NCBI GenBank assembly: GCA_037308085.1
Contig: CP147779.1
Location: 1,248,001 to 1,312,000, forward strand
From: Promethearchaeati archaeon SRVP18_Atabeyarchaeia-1
Lineage (GTDB): Archaea > Asgardarchaeota > Atabeyarchaeia > Atabeyarchaeales > Atabeyarchaeaceae
Direction of reading: 5' to 3'
DNA: 64,000 nt
Positions 38,581 through 48,906 of the stretch are shown piece after piece (position 1 is the stretch's first letter; each line of letters starts with the position of its first letter). Under the pieces are notes generated by a model. It worked only from the letters and a program-made list of their open reading frames with translations. It was not told the DNA's origin and ran no database searches. The position numbers and the translations under genes are program-made.

Positions 38581-39888
38581 ATGTCTGCTGGCAAAGATGT
38601 TGTGATTGTTGGGGCTGGAATTGGCGGTCTTAGTGCCGCTGCTCTTATGTCAAAGCAGGGGTACAAAGTCAAGCTTTTCGAGAAGGAGAGTAGAATTGGT
38701 GGCAGGGCATTCTCGTATCAATACGAAGGGTGCACCTTGGATAGCGGAATACAGGTCGCTGCCTTTGGTTCAGCCGGCGACTTGGGAAAAGTTCTGAAAA
38801 CCACGGGTGCCGATAAATACGTACCGATGGGAAAAGACGACGAGCCACAATTGATGATCGCAGACAAGGATTACACATTCCCGAGGAACCCAATTGAGCT
38901 CAACAAGTGGCAGGCGATACCTGTGGACGCCAGGATGGATATGGCCGACATCGCTCTGCAGGCAGTGAGCAAGCCTATTGAAGAATTGAAGAAATACGAT
39001 GAAACATCCCTGCACGATTTTCTCAGTGAAAGGTCCCAGGACGAGAAGTACCACGCGGTGATGGAAGCTCTCGCAAGATGCAACCTTCATGTTTACAGCA
39101 GCAAGGTATGCTCGCAATGGGCTTTCTTGGCTCTCTACAGGTCGAATCTTGAAACATCCAAGTTTCAGGCTTACCCAAAGCAAGGAGTCTCAAGTATATC
39201 AACTGGGCTAGAGAAAGTGGTCAAAGAGAACAAGGGCGAAATCAAGCTCAAAACTGAGGTTAAAGCAGTCCTCGTAGAGAAAGGGAAGACAAAGGGAGTC
39301 CAGCTTGCCGATGGTTCAACCGTGGAATCTGGGATAGTTGTGCTGAATCTGCCCCCGAAAAACCTTGTCAAGCTATTGGGGACCAGCGCACCAAAGGATC
39401 TTGCCGAGAAGGCAAAGAACCTCAAACCTGTCATGGACGTGTTTGTATCGCTTTGCACGGACAAGCCCGTACGAAATGGGTCCCAGACCTTGTATTTTGT
39501 CCTTGGAACAGCGCTTTACGAGATGCTTGAACCCACAAACATAAATCCGGGCTTAGCCCCTCCTGGCAAGCACATTGTTAAGATATCCCACACAGTTGAG
39601 AACGAGTCGGACTTCAAGAAGACTGAGGAGGCTATGCTGGGTGACTTCCAGAAGAAGTTCCCAGACGTGAAGGTCCACTGGAGCAAGGTCACCACAAATG
39701 GAAAGGAGAATCCAGCCTACAGTGCTGGAGAGTTTGTGGGAAACCAAAAATACAGACTTGACGTGAAGTGCAAAGAAATAGAAGGGCTGTACTTCGTCGG
39801 CGACGGAACAGGCGACCCCGCCCCAGGAATGAATGTTGCAGCTGCCTCGGCATTGAAACTTGTCAAGATGCTTTCAACGAAGAGCTAG
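38581..39888 (+). CDS. FAD-dependent oxidoreductase (phytoene dehydrogenase-like)
   Basis: VVIVGAGIGGL, EKESRIGGR, GLYFVGD. Confidence 0.85.
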   Translation: MSAGKDVVIVGAGIGGLSAAALMSKQGYKVKLFEKESRIGGRAFSYQYEGCTLDSGIQVAAFGSAGDLGKVLKTTGADKYVPMGKDDEPQLMIADKDYTFPRNPIELNKWQAIPVDARMDMADIALQAVSKPIEELKKYDETSLHDFLSERSQDEKYHAVMEALARCNLHVYSSKVCSQWAFLALYRSNLETSKFQAYPKQGVSSISTGLEKVVKENKGEIKLKTEVKAVLVEKGKTKGVQLADGSTVESGIVVLNLPPKNLVKLLGTSAPKDLAEKAKNLKPVMDVFVSLCTDKPVRNGSQTLYFVLGTALYEMLEPTNINPGLAPPGKHIVKISHTVENESDFKKTEEAMLGDFQKKFPDVKVHWSKVTTNGKENPAYSAGEFVGNQKYRLDVKCKEIEGLYFVGDGTGDPAPGMNVAAASALKLVKMLSTKS

Positions 39889-39967
39889 CTCCCACATTCC
39901 CACGAAGTGCGTCGATTCCCCGCCTCTATTTTTCTGTCTCAGAGATTGTATTAGATGTCACTATGTC

Positions 39968-40267
39968 TCATCCGCCTGAGACAGGCGGAGCTATTGCCAC
40001 AACGTCACCATCTTTCAGCTTCGCGTTTCTCTTGCCCGGAACAAACTCCACATCCGAGCTGTTGAGAAGGATCAGAGTTAGAGGGTGGAGCTCTAAGGTC
40101 TTCTCATTGAAGTAGGGTTTTGGTATCTTATCCTTGTACCTCTTGACAAACTTCGTCGCAACCTCATTGACGGTGTTGCCTTCTATATCGAGTTCCTTGA
40201 CTCCGGTGGAGAACCAGAAGGGACCCATCAAACGCAGTTTGACTTTCGCCAACCGAATAAACCCCAA
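39968..40267 (-). CDS. MoaD/ThiS/SAMP ubiquitin-like protein
   Basis: LKDGDVVAIAPPVSGG C-terminal di-Gly. Confidence 0.9.
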   Translation of the reverse strand: MGFIRLAKVKLRLMGPFWFSTGVKELDIEGNTVNEVATKFVKRYKDKIPKPYFNEKTLELHPLTLILLNSSDVEFVPGKRNAKLKDGDVVAIAPPVSGG

Positions 40268-40487
40268 TTAGAAATCTATCCTGCATCCACGAAGCAGTGG
40301 CGCTCCTTGTGTGGTTGCGATCTTTCTTAGGGAAGTCCGATTTTCTGGCTTAAGAATACATATCTGGGCAAACAATTAAAATATGGGAGGCACTTAAAAA
40401 GATACTTGTGAAGTCGTGAGGACATCACACCCAAGCTAACTTCATCATCAGTTCTTGGGATCTCGAAAACGGGGGAACTATCTCAAG

Positions 40488-41576
40488 ATGGCAATGAAGA
40501 TAACAATCCCAGAAGAGGTTCTAGATGAATTCTTCAAAGTGGAACCTCTGACCTGCGAAAAGTACCCACGGCGTGGTATTCCGTGCGTCTCATGTGGCGA
40601 GAACAAGGAGTGCGAACAAGTGGAGTCAAAGGAGATCGAGTTCGGCGATGGGGTAATGAAGAGAGTCGGGAGTTCAGCAACACTTTCTATAAGAATGCAT
40701 AAGCAAGGCGACCTAGAAGAAGCATTGCTAAAGCAGCTGGTCAAGGGAATGGTGGAAGAAAAGAAGTACATGGTAATAGCGCCTGAGGAGACTTTTGACG
40801 TAACCTTCTTCGTTTCCGTAGATAGGTACGCTGGAGGGCAGGTCACTGGTCAGAGACAGAAGAAGGCTCTAGTTCGAAGCGTCCTAGACTTCTTGGCAAG
40901 CAAACCAATTGAGGGTAGACTGACAATACACGATTGGGCGAACAAGGAGCTTGAGAAACTCGACCACAAGGTCAGAAGAGAGTACAAGGAATCTTGGGAA
41001 GAAGTGGAAGATGTTATGAAACTTGGACCGACTCCAGTGGAAACTGCCGTCAGAGCTGCAGTTGCGGCAGCAAACCTGCCTGAAACCCAGGTACCAGTTA
41101 TCCCCGAGGCAGGCAATGCCCCGAGTGGGAGCCCAAGAGAGATAATACGATTTCTGAAAGAGGACGTCGAGAAAGGCGAAGCGAAGTACGCACAGAGATT
41201 TGTGGAGTCATCAGATTCCGGCCGTCCCCTCATCCCGTTTCAGAAAGCTGAGGTACCAGGGGTAGAGAAAGAGTATCTACCCAGGAAGGCAACGGTAATA
41301 CAAGAGGTTCCCCAGCTACCGAGAGGAGACACGGCAGCGATGCTTGACCATCTTGAAAAGCTTCTCCAAGCAGATCTGCCAGCGCGATTCATAGCTGATA
41401 GGATGGAGAAGGCGCGAGAAGAAATCCGAAAGTCAGGGTACTGGGGAAAAGCCTATCTAGATATTGGTTCCGTCGCGAGAAGAATGTACCAGTACCACGA
41501 GGGGCTTGCCCTTTCTATCAACGAGAAGAAGCAGATACTCGAAAAAGTCAAGGTGTGGAAGAAGGAAGTGCAATAG
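40488..41576 (+). CDS. ARPC4-like (Arp2/3 complex subunit 4) domain protein with N-terminal Cys cluster and C-terminal extension
   Basis: SATLSIRMHKQGDLEEALLKQL...PEETFDVTFFV...KKALVRSVLDFL parallels ARPC4 [22 protein letters not shown]...PVEGYDISFLI...KHKLVDFVIHFM (by-eye alignment). Confidence 0.6.
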   Translation: MAMKITIPEEVLDEFFKVEPLTCEKYPRRGIPCVSCGENKECEQVESKEIEFGDGVMKRVGSSATLSIRMHKQGDLEEALLKQLVKGMVEEKKYMVIAPEETFDVTFFVSVDRYAGGQVTGQRQKKALVRSVLDFLASKPIEGRLTIHDWANKELEKLDHKVRREYKESWEEVEDVMKLGPTPVETAVRAAVAAANLPETQVPVIPEAGNAPSGSPREIIRFLKEDVEKGEAKYAQRFVESSDSGRPLIPFQKAEVPGVEKEYLPRKATVIQEVPQLPRGDTAAMLDHLEKLLQADLPARFIADRMEKAREEIRKSGYWGKAYLDIGSVARRMYQYHEGLALSINEKKQILEKVKVWKKEVQ

Positions 41577-41658
41577 CGCATTCTCTTCGAAGACATGTTC
41601 TCGATCCCTCGGGAAAGCAGTTCGCTATAGGATTACTATCATCGTCCGAGATTTGTAG

Positions 41659-43080
41659 TTGGCTTATCTCATTGATGGAGGCCGAGATGGAGGTGCACCG
41701 ACAATTTCACTAATACTTAACAAGGAAGAACTGGTTTCGAAAGCTGACTCTGAGTATGGGAGAAGAATTCGCCGCTATATAATTGAGGCGCTAGAAGAAG
41801 CGCTTTCGTATGCTGGTTCCCGTGAGGTAATAAGGCAAAACGTTGCCCGCGTCGGTACAGGAAAGAGCATAATGATCGGCAAGGAGATCATAGGTCTCGG
41901 CGAAGTAGACAGGATATTCATAGTCGGCGCCGGCGTGCTGGCTGCCCCCATGGCCCTCGCCTTTGAAGACATTCTCGGAGACAAAGTCGCAGGAGGAATT
42001 CTCTCTGTTCCGTTTGACCCCAAAGACGTGCAAGGACTGAAGAAACTATACATACAAAAGGCCAACCCGCTAACCCCTGATGACAACGGAGTGAGGATTG
42101 CTCAAGATGCCATCAAATACGTGCAAGGTGCAACCGGAAGAGACGTAGTATTTGTCCTGCTCAGTAGTGGAGCGTCGACGATGATGTGCTTGCCAGTAGA
42201 AGGCATAAGAACGACTGAGCTGACAGTGCTCAGAAATATGCTGATTAAGCAAGGAGCAGAAGAGACAGAAATAGCCACCGTTCTGAATCACCTCTCTGCG
42301 ATATCTGGAGGGTGGCTGCCAGTCCACACGAAAGTCTCGAAGATCTACACTCTCGTAATATCTGATGCGCTCAGCAATGACCTTACCGTGATTGGCGGCG
42401 GACCGACACATCCTGATGATTCCACATTCGCGCAGACCGATAGGATCCTCAAGAAGTACAACATCTGGAATGATGCGCCTTCCAGCATAAAGAGTTATAT
42501 CAACAAAGGACTGGAAGGAACAGCGCCTGAGACTCCTAAGACAGGCGATAAACCCTTTCAAAGAGTGAGAAACTTCCTTCTCATGAACAACAGAATGTTC
42601 GCAGAGAAGCTTGTCGAGTGCATCGAGCGCAGAGGAATAAACCCCTACCTCATGTCTTCAACCATAAGGGAGAGATCGGCCCCAGTTGGCAACCTTGTAT
42701 CAATGATAGGAAGGGACATGAGGAAGACCTTCAAGAAACCCAGCGCTCTAGTTCTTTCTGGAAACATAGGGATAACGAGTGAGATACAAAACTATGAGTC
42801 AAACATATACACTGCATTCCACTCGCTGAAGAACCTCTCTGGAGTCAAAGGACTGGAGCTCCTTTCAATCGACACTAGGGGTCTGGACGGGATGACAGAT
42901 GCCGCTGGAGCCCTTGCCGATGGAAATACGCTCAACTTCAATCTGCTGAAGGGGCCCCAGGTCGAGTTTCTCTACGACCAAGTGGAGGCATACAAGTTCC
43001 TTAAGGAAGCCGGAAGCCTAGTTTACACGGGCTGGACAGGGACTGATGTCGGCGACGTGCTCATACTTTCAAACTACTAG
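41659..43080 (+). CDS. Glycerate 2-kinase (MOFRL/TtuD) family homolog with degenerate motifs
   Basis: PETPK, ISD...GPT, DAAGA, TGTDVGD layout of the MOFRL family. Confidence 0.8.
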   Translation: MAYLIDGGRDGGAPTISLILNKEELVSKADSEYGRRIRRYIIEALEEALSYAGSREVIRQNVARVGTGKSIMIGKEIIGLGEVDRIFIVGAGVLAAPMALAFEDILGDKVAGGILSVPFDPKDVQGLKKLYIQKANPLTPDDNGVRIAQDAIKYVQGATGRDVVFVLLSSGASTMMCLPVEGIRTTELTVLRNMLIKQGAEETEIATVLNHLSAISGGWLPVHTKVSKIYTLVISDALSNDLTVIGGGPTHPDDSTFAQTDRILKKYNIWNDAPSSIKSYINKGLEGTAPETPKTGDKPFQRVRNFLLMNNRMFAEKLVECIERRGINPYLMSSTIRERSAPVGNLVSMIGRDMRKTFKKPSALVLSGNIGITSEIQNYESNIYTAFHSLKNLSGVKGLELLSIDTRGLDGMTDAAGALADGNTLNFNLLKGPQVEFLYDQVEAYKFLKEAGSLVYTGWTGTDVGDVLILSNY

Positions 43081-43098
43081 GGATGCAGAAAGAGAATT

Positions 43099-45498
43099 TC
43101 AGGGGACATCCGATATCTGTTTGATGCCCTCGATGAGTAGCTTTACGACTCCTTCGTCCTTCTCTATTGTTAGTTCTTCGCCTTTTGCTGTATGATCGTA
43201 CTCGATCTCTTCTATTTTCTTCTTCCTTTCTGGAGGGATCGAACCTACCTTGCCATTTGTTCCTAAGTATCCCCAAGCCCTTACAACAATCTCGTCTTGA
43301 CCCTTATCGTACACTGCCACTATTTCACTCGTCAGATATTTTATCTCGCCAAGTCTTGTCCTGAAGTTGATGGGCCAAACCATTGCGCTTCTTTTTGCGA
43401 TATTGACGCCCTCAATCTTCATTGGCTTGGAGGGGCTAGTCGGATCGATATAGGTAATGTCTGTCTCAACATTCTTTTCTAGGAGGTTCGTTATGTATAG
43501 TAACGCTGACCCATCGGGTGATATTCTTTCAACAACGTTTATTCCGAGCTGGCTTGAACGTACTGTGGGCTCGATTTTCAGGTGTTCAAAGAATTTGAGG
43601 AGCGCGACCATACCTTGCTCGTCCTGCGGTCTGGGGAGGAACCCCAATGCAACGACTTGCCCGTTGCCTATTTTCCTTGAGTAACCACATACATCGTCAG
43701 TTCCCGGCACCCTCGCAATTGGAACAGCCTCGTCGCTTTCGGCCTTAAGGAGAGTCACTCTTGAAACGCTTATGTTTCCAGAATCGGCGAGCTCCACCGA
43801 TTCGGTCTCGATACTGTCGAGCGGTCTGATTCTCAGGGCATCCCAGAGGACCATACATGGTTCCATATTTCTGCCAAGATGTGGAATATTGGGCCCAATT
43901 AACACGGTTGCACCATTCGCCGCGAAGTTCAGCAGGGACTTCTGCAGGTGCTCATCAAGAAAATCGTAAAGTGGCACTACTATTAGCTTGTACTTGGATG
44001 CAACGCGGGCACCCGCATACTCCAAGTCGAAGAACTCGAAGTTGAACCCGATGCCCTGCAAAGCGTCCTCAAAAAGGCTCGCTCGGCTCTGCTCTGAACC
44101 AATGTTATAAGCCAGACCAGCCATTCTCGTGTTCACAGAAGCGCACCAGTAAGCATACGGATGGTAGTAGGCGAAACCCACCTCTGCTACTTTCTCGGAT
44201 TCGATAATCGTTTCTTCGTTTGCATGGGTGAAATTCAGGAAGAGATCCATTATGGGTAGACGCCGACCGTCAGCTCCATCCTCTTGAATAGCGCAGTCAT
44301 AATCGTAGCTTTCGCCCGTTGTTCCCCATCCTCTGGGGTTGGTTCCTCCTGCCCACATGTAGTAAGACAGACCCTTTAGCCCGTGACCGAAGGCAAGCCT
44401 CTGATGTAGATGTGTCGTATTCAGAGGGATTTTAGTGTTGTACCAGCCGCCCTGAAACTCGAAGCAGATAGGGCATTTGTCAGGTGCCTGGGCTTTCAGT
44501 ATCTCGATAGGCTCCACAACTTTCGATGTCGCATCGTGGATGTCCTTTATGAAATGAGGATACATATCGATCCCGTCGAACAAGTGGCGAGACTTCTTTG
44601 CAATACTCATGACCATTCCATAGTTCATAACCTCGTTCGCATACACGGGAACCTTGATGCCACGTTCCCGAAACATGTCTACAAGTCTTTGGAGAAAATC
44701 GGTGATGACATCTTCCTTGAAGGCAGTCCAGTCGAAGACGGCTAACAGGGCATCTCTACTCTTAGGCTGTACTCGCGGGGCATCCACTTGACCAAAATCG
44801 CGGTATTGGGTACCGTAATACTTGTTCAGAGCCGAAATCTCTCTATACTTCCTTCTCAGCCAATTATGATAGATGCCCTCTACCCGTTTCTCCTTTGAGC
44901 CGATGTTAACAGGATTATAGTCTGCATCAAAAGGTGTAGGATGGAAACCGTAGCACGTCTCATTATCAGCTTGAACCAAGAGTAGCCGGTTGGGATACTT
45001 CATGTCAAACTTGTCTAGAAGCGGTATGATCTGGTCAATCCATTTTCCAACATACTGCAAGTAAGTGGGGTGGAGGTACGAGACCACGGGGGCATGTGGC
45101 TCAAGCCTGTATGTGACACGTCCAGCCGAATCCAAGCTTAGTATTTCGGGGTGCTTGTCCAGTAGCCATTGTGGGAGGCCACCGTTGACCCATTCGGCGC
45201 AGACCCAAGGACCTGGTCTGGCGAGGAGCATAAGGCCGGACTCACCGACAAGATCCAAGTAGCTTTCAACGTCTCTTTTGGGGTGGCTCTTGCCGCTGAA
45301 GTCGAATTCACCTTCCTCGGTTTCGTGCCAGTTCCACATGAAGTAAGTGCTAACTGCATTCAACCCAGCCTTCTTCATCCGTGTCAGTCTATCTGCCCAT
45401 TGATCCTTGGCCACACGTGTGTAGTGAAGCTCACCAGACCTGAGCATAAGCTTCTTTCCGCCAGCAACGATGCAATTATTGGTTATGTCGACTTTCAA
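43099..45498 (-). CDS. GH35 glycosidase, exo-beta-D-glucosaminidase (GlmA)-like / beta-galactosidase
   Basis: SGELHYTR, WNWHE, RPGPWVCAEWVNGGLP, QADNE, EFQGGW, YMWAGGTN, SYDYD. Confidence 0.9.
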   Translation of the reverse strand: MKVDITNNCIVAGGKKLMLRSGELHYTRVAKDQWADRLTRMKKAGLNAVSTYFMWNWHETEEGEFDFSGKSHPKRDVESYLDLVGESGLMLLARPGPWVCAEWVNGGLPQWLLDKHPEILSLDSAGRVTYRLEPHAPVVSYLHPTYLQYVGKWIDQIIPLLDKFDMKYPNRLLLVQADNETCYGFHPTPFDADYNPVNIGSKEKRVEGIYHNWLRRKYREISALNKYYGTQYRDFGQVDAPRVQPKSRDALLAVFDWTAFKEDVITDFLQRLVDMFRERGIKVPVYANEVMNYGMVMSIAKKSRHLFDGIDMYPHFIKDIHDATSKVVEPIEILKAQAPDKCPICFEFQGGWYNTKIPLNTTHLHQRLAFGHGLKGLSYYMWAGGTNPRGWGTTGESYDYDCAIQEDGADGRRLPIMDLFLNFTHANEETIIESEKVAEVGFAYYHPYAYWCASVNTRMAGLAYNIGSEQSRASLFEDALQGIGFNFEFFDLEYAGARVASKYKLIVVPLYDFLDEHLQKSLLNFAANGATVLIGPNIPHLGRNMEPCMVLWDALRIRPLDSIETESVELADSGNISVSRVTLLKAESDEAVPIARVPGTDDVCGYSRKIGNGQVVALGFLPRPQDEQGMVALLKFFEHLKIEPTVRSSQLGINVVERISPDGSALLYITNLLEKNVETDITYIDPTSPSKPMKIEGVNIAKRSAMVWPINFRTRLGEIKYLTSEIVAVYDKGQDEIVVRAWGYLGTNGKVGSIPPERKKKIEEIEYDHTAKGEELTIEKDEGVVKLLIEGIKQISDVP

Positions 45499-45728
45499 GA
45501 AAGAGCTCCCCTATGGGAATGCATGACCATTCGTTGCCGAACAGTGCTTTATATCTAACTCCTGCTAACAATAGGAACTCACTTTTTATAAATATATCAT
45601 CTTTTCGGCACACCTGCGATAATCTTGATGCGAACTAGGCAACAAACGATCGGTGGGGTGATACTCTTTCTGGTCAAAGCTTCATCCAAGAAGCCAAACG
45701 GAGGCAAAGTAAGTCAAGTCCGAGCCAA

Positions 45729-46646
45729 TCATATTTGGAGATTCTTCTTCTTTCTATAGTACCTCAGGTACCCCTTTATTGAGTTATTTCTATGTTCACG
45801 CTTGAAAGCGGTTGGCAAGACCTTGGTTCTAATCTCAAGCAGTGTGGAAAGTCTCTCCAGCTTTTCTTGTTCAGATCCTGGGCTTCCACTGAAAGTCTCC
45901 AGTATTCTCTCCCCCCAGAATTCAAGTTGGCGCTTTGCTTCACTCAAGATTCTCTGAACTTGTGTAACGGCGCCAAAATGAGAGAAAAGAAGTCTTCTTG
46001 GATCCAGCCTCGCCAGTTTATCTATCGTGTCGATTGCCAAATAGAGGTCAAAGTCTGGGGGAGGGGTCGTTGGAGTAACCTCACCCACATCTTCGAAGTA
46101 CAGTCCCGCGGCGTCACCTGTGAACAGAGATCTAGTCAGTTCGTCAAATATGCAGATCTCATGCGACGCGTGCCCTGGGGCGTATATGATCTTAAGCTTC
46201 CTGCCGCTTCTCAACTCTATCTCATCGCCATCGTTAACAGGTCGAACCTTGTTCTTCTTCACAGGCTTGAATTCCCCATAAAGCGAAAGAGATTCTCCGA
46301 AGACTCTTCTCGCGCTCTCAGTCAGTCTTGAAGGATCGATGATGTGCATGGCGCCGCGTTCATGAACCGCAACAACGGCGTTAGGCATACTATCAACCAC
46401 GTCTCCGACCCCCCCAGCATGATCAAAATGAATATGTGTCACAATTACGTGTGTAAAAGAACCCAGATCTGACCATTTTCGTTTGATTCCGTCAAGCAAA
46501 GCAAGCGACGATGTGCTCGGACCCGTTTCAATGAGCACGTTCTCGCCCATGGAAGATATGACGTAGCTCGAGCAATACCCTTTTATGCCCAATGCGTTGC
46601 TGTCGATTAAGTGCACGTCCCCACCGAGGCTTACTATTGACGCCAT
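45729..46646 (-). CDS. Metallo-beta-lactamase-fold hydrolase
   Basis: THIHFDHAGG, PGHASH, TGDAAG, SHFG. Confidence 0.9.
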   Translation of the reverse strand: MASIVSLGGDVHLIDSNALGIKGYCSSYVISSMGENVLIETGPSTSSLALLDGIKRKWSDLGSFTHVIVTHIHFDHAGGVGDVVDSMPNAVVAVHERGAMHIIDPSRLTESARRVFGESLSLYGEFKPVKKNKVRPVNDGDEIELRSGRKLKIIYAPGHASHEICIFDELTRSLFTGDAAGLYFEDVGEVTPTTPPPDFDLYLAIDTIDKLARLDPRRLLFSHFGAVTQVQRILSEAKRQLEFWGERILETFSGSPGSEQEKLERLSTLLEIRTKVLPTAFKREHRNNSIKGYLRYYRKKKNLQI

Positions 46647-46752
46647 CCCGAAAGTGAGCCCCCTTTATGCGCCGCTTGAACTGCGGGAAATAGTGAGTTC
46701 TTAGCGCTATGGACCCATGACACCATAAATCTTGCGATAGAGGCTCGCATAA

Positions 46753-47262
46753 TTGATGTGGTATTCCATGCGTGCAATCAGACTAGTGGTTTTTGACGCA
46801 GATGACGTAATCTTCAGTAGCTCATCTGACTGCTACCTAGGCCAGGCCGTGCTACCAGTGAGAAGGACTGATAGTGACACCGTGGAAGATGCAGCTGGTC
46901 ATAGAATAAGACTCGACAGCGAAGCCAGGTTCGTTCTGCAGGAACTTCGGAATCGAGGAATTCATGTTTCACTGAACAGTGTCAATAAGCCACGCGAGGC
47001 TAACGCAATAATCCACATTCTGGAACTCGATAGAATCTTCGAGTACCCCAAGATCAACTTTAGTGACAAAGGTGCCAATATGCTGGAGATCTTGGGGGAC
47101 TTCAACAAGAGCAACGTAGCGATACACCCCGACGACGTAATGTTCATCGATGATGTGGCGGAATTCTGCATTGACGTAAAGAGAGCCCTCGGAGGTAAAG
47201 GTCTAGTTCTGCAGATGAACAAAGACATATCTCACTTGTCAGAGCTGTTGCGCTTCTTGTAG
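46753..47262 (+). CDS. HAD subfamily IIIC phosphatase (MDP-1-like)
   Basis: VVFDADD, K...FIDD. Confidence 0.75.
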   Translation: MMWYSMRAIRLVVFDADDVIFSSSSDCYLGQAVLPVRRTDSDTVEDAAGHRIRLDSEARFVLQELRNRGIHVSLNSVNKPREANAIIHILELDRIFEYPKINFSDKGANMLEILGDFNKSNVAIHPDDVMFIDDVAEFCIDVKRALGGKGLVLQMNKDISHLSELLRFL

Positions 47263-47355
47263 GAAGATTTATGCTCTTCGCTTATGTCCACTTCAATATG
47301 GAAAAAACCCCTCCTTTCCGTGATTCTTCGGAAGGGAATCGCTACTCGGTCGTAT

Positions 47356-47628
47356 CTACTTCACTTTCGACTTGAGCTCGGCGCCAGGTTTGAATGCTGG
47401 AACCTTCTTGGCCGGTATGTTGATCTTCTCTTTAGTCTTGGGATTGATGCCGACTCTGGCGCTTCTCTTCTTCACAACAAAGGTGCCGAATCCCACTATG
47501 GAAACCTTGTCACCTCTTGCGAGCGCTCCAGCGATGCCATCAAAGAGACCGTCAACAGCTCTTGCGGCACTAGCTTTGGTCACTTCAGCATGCTTGGCAA
47601 CTAAATCGATCATATCACCCTTATTCAC
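47356..47628 (-). CDS. hup: Bacterial-type histone-like DNA-binding protein HU
   Basis: MNKGDMID, GFGTF, ARVGINPKT, PAFKPGAELK. Confidence 0.95.
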   Translation of the reverse strand: MNKGDMIDLVAKHAEVTKASAARAVDGLFDGIAGALARGDKVSIVGFGTFVVKKRSARVGINPKTKEKINIPAKKVPAFKPGAELKSKVK

Positions 47629-47861
47629 TTGGCTTTTTCACCCCCATTCTCAAGCTCCATCCCTTTTCTAATGAGCCCACCAGTATTTTAATGTTGCGAG
47701 CATTTTTGATAATTTCCTCTAAAAGATTTGTTAAGAACCAACATTAATCGACAACTGACGAATCAAGAAATAAGGCTCCAAAAATGAGAAAGTAAGTGGG
47801 TTCCAGCCAATCTAGTCGGGGCCTCTCTCGGAGTCTGAGGGTACTTCTGACTTTTCCTGTA

Positions 47862-48797
47862 TCAAAGTATCTCTTTGATCTTCTTGGCAACTGCTCCGGC
47901 GACGCTAACAACCTCGATTCCCTTAGCAGAATTGTCTATGGTGTCCGTAGTCGCAATGAAGATAGGTGAGGTCTTTCTCATCAATTCAACGGCACCTGGG
48001 CTGTGTACAGGATGAACATATGCAAAGGCGACTTTCTTTGCCCCTTTCTCCTTCTTGAGCATGTTTGCTGCCTGAGCTATTGTCTTTCCAGTACTCACTA
48101 TGTCATCGACGATCAGGATGTTTCTCCCCCTCACATCAACCTCATTGACTAGTTTCTGCTTGATCTCGCCAGTGTTGACGTTCCGCTCCTTCTCCAAAGC
48201 TGATGCTGTGTCTGAACCGATTATGCTGGCCATCTCAGTAGCCCAACCGATTCCCTCTCCATCTGGAGCAAACACCACAAACTCTTCTGGAGACTGAGCT
48301 TTGTTCTTGACGAACTCGGCAAGGGGAGCCACTCCGGAGATGTCATAAGCCTTAATGTTCGGAAACCACTTGTCTATCCCCGTTATACGGTGAACGTGCG
48401 AGGTTATTGTTATGAAGTCTGTTGCTCCGGCATCCTCAAAGATTTTCGCGACGATGCCACATGAGACAGGTTCACCTATTCTGAACTCGTTGTCTTGCCT
48501 GGCATAGGCGAAGTAAGGAAATACCTCGATCAGCCTGTCTGCCCCATATCTCTTCAGCGTTGAGAGCGTCAGAAAACTCCTCAGAACGTAATTGTTGACG
48601 GGCTCCTCTCCACCTTTCTGGAAAACTGCAACGACGCTTTTACTCTTGATGTCGTCGACTGATTCCACAAGTATTCGCGGCGCGATCTCCCCGTCTGGAA
48701 AAACGCGGTTGTCAACCTTGATAAACCTGCAATTCAATTCACTCGCTATCTTGGAGCCAAGAATGGCATCGCCGACAACAATGCATGATTCACTCAT
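47862..48797 (-). CDS. prs: Ribose-phosphate pyrophosphokinase
   Basis: FPDGE, PYFAYARQD, APDGEG, VDDIVSTGKT. Confidence 0.93.
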   Translation of the reverse strand: MSESCIVVGDAILGSKIASELNCRFIKVDNRVFPDGEIAPRILVESVDDIKSKSVVAVFQKGGEEPVNNYVLRSFLTLSTLKRYGADRLIEVFPYFAYARQDNEFRIGEPVSCGIVAKIFEDAGATDFITITSHVHRITGIDKWFPNIKAYDISGVAPLAEFVKNKAQSPEEFVVFAPDGEGIGWATEMASIIGSDTASALEKERNVNTGEIKQKLVNEVDVRGRNILIVDDIVSTGKTIAQAANMLKKEKGAKKVAFAYVHPVHSPGAVELMRKTSPIFIATTDTIDNSAKGIEVVSVAGAVAKKIKEIL

Positions 48798-48906
48798 CGC
48801 GAACGCCTCTTTGAGGTTAAATCTGCAGCGCCCTCACCGACGACTGTTGCCCCTTCTTTCACAATACGATTCTGGAGACTGGCCAAAGTTGTGCGCAGTA
48901 AATCAA

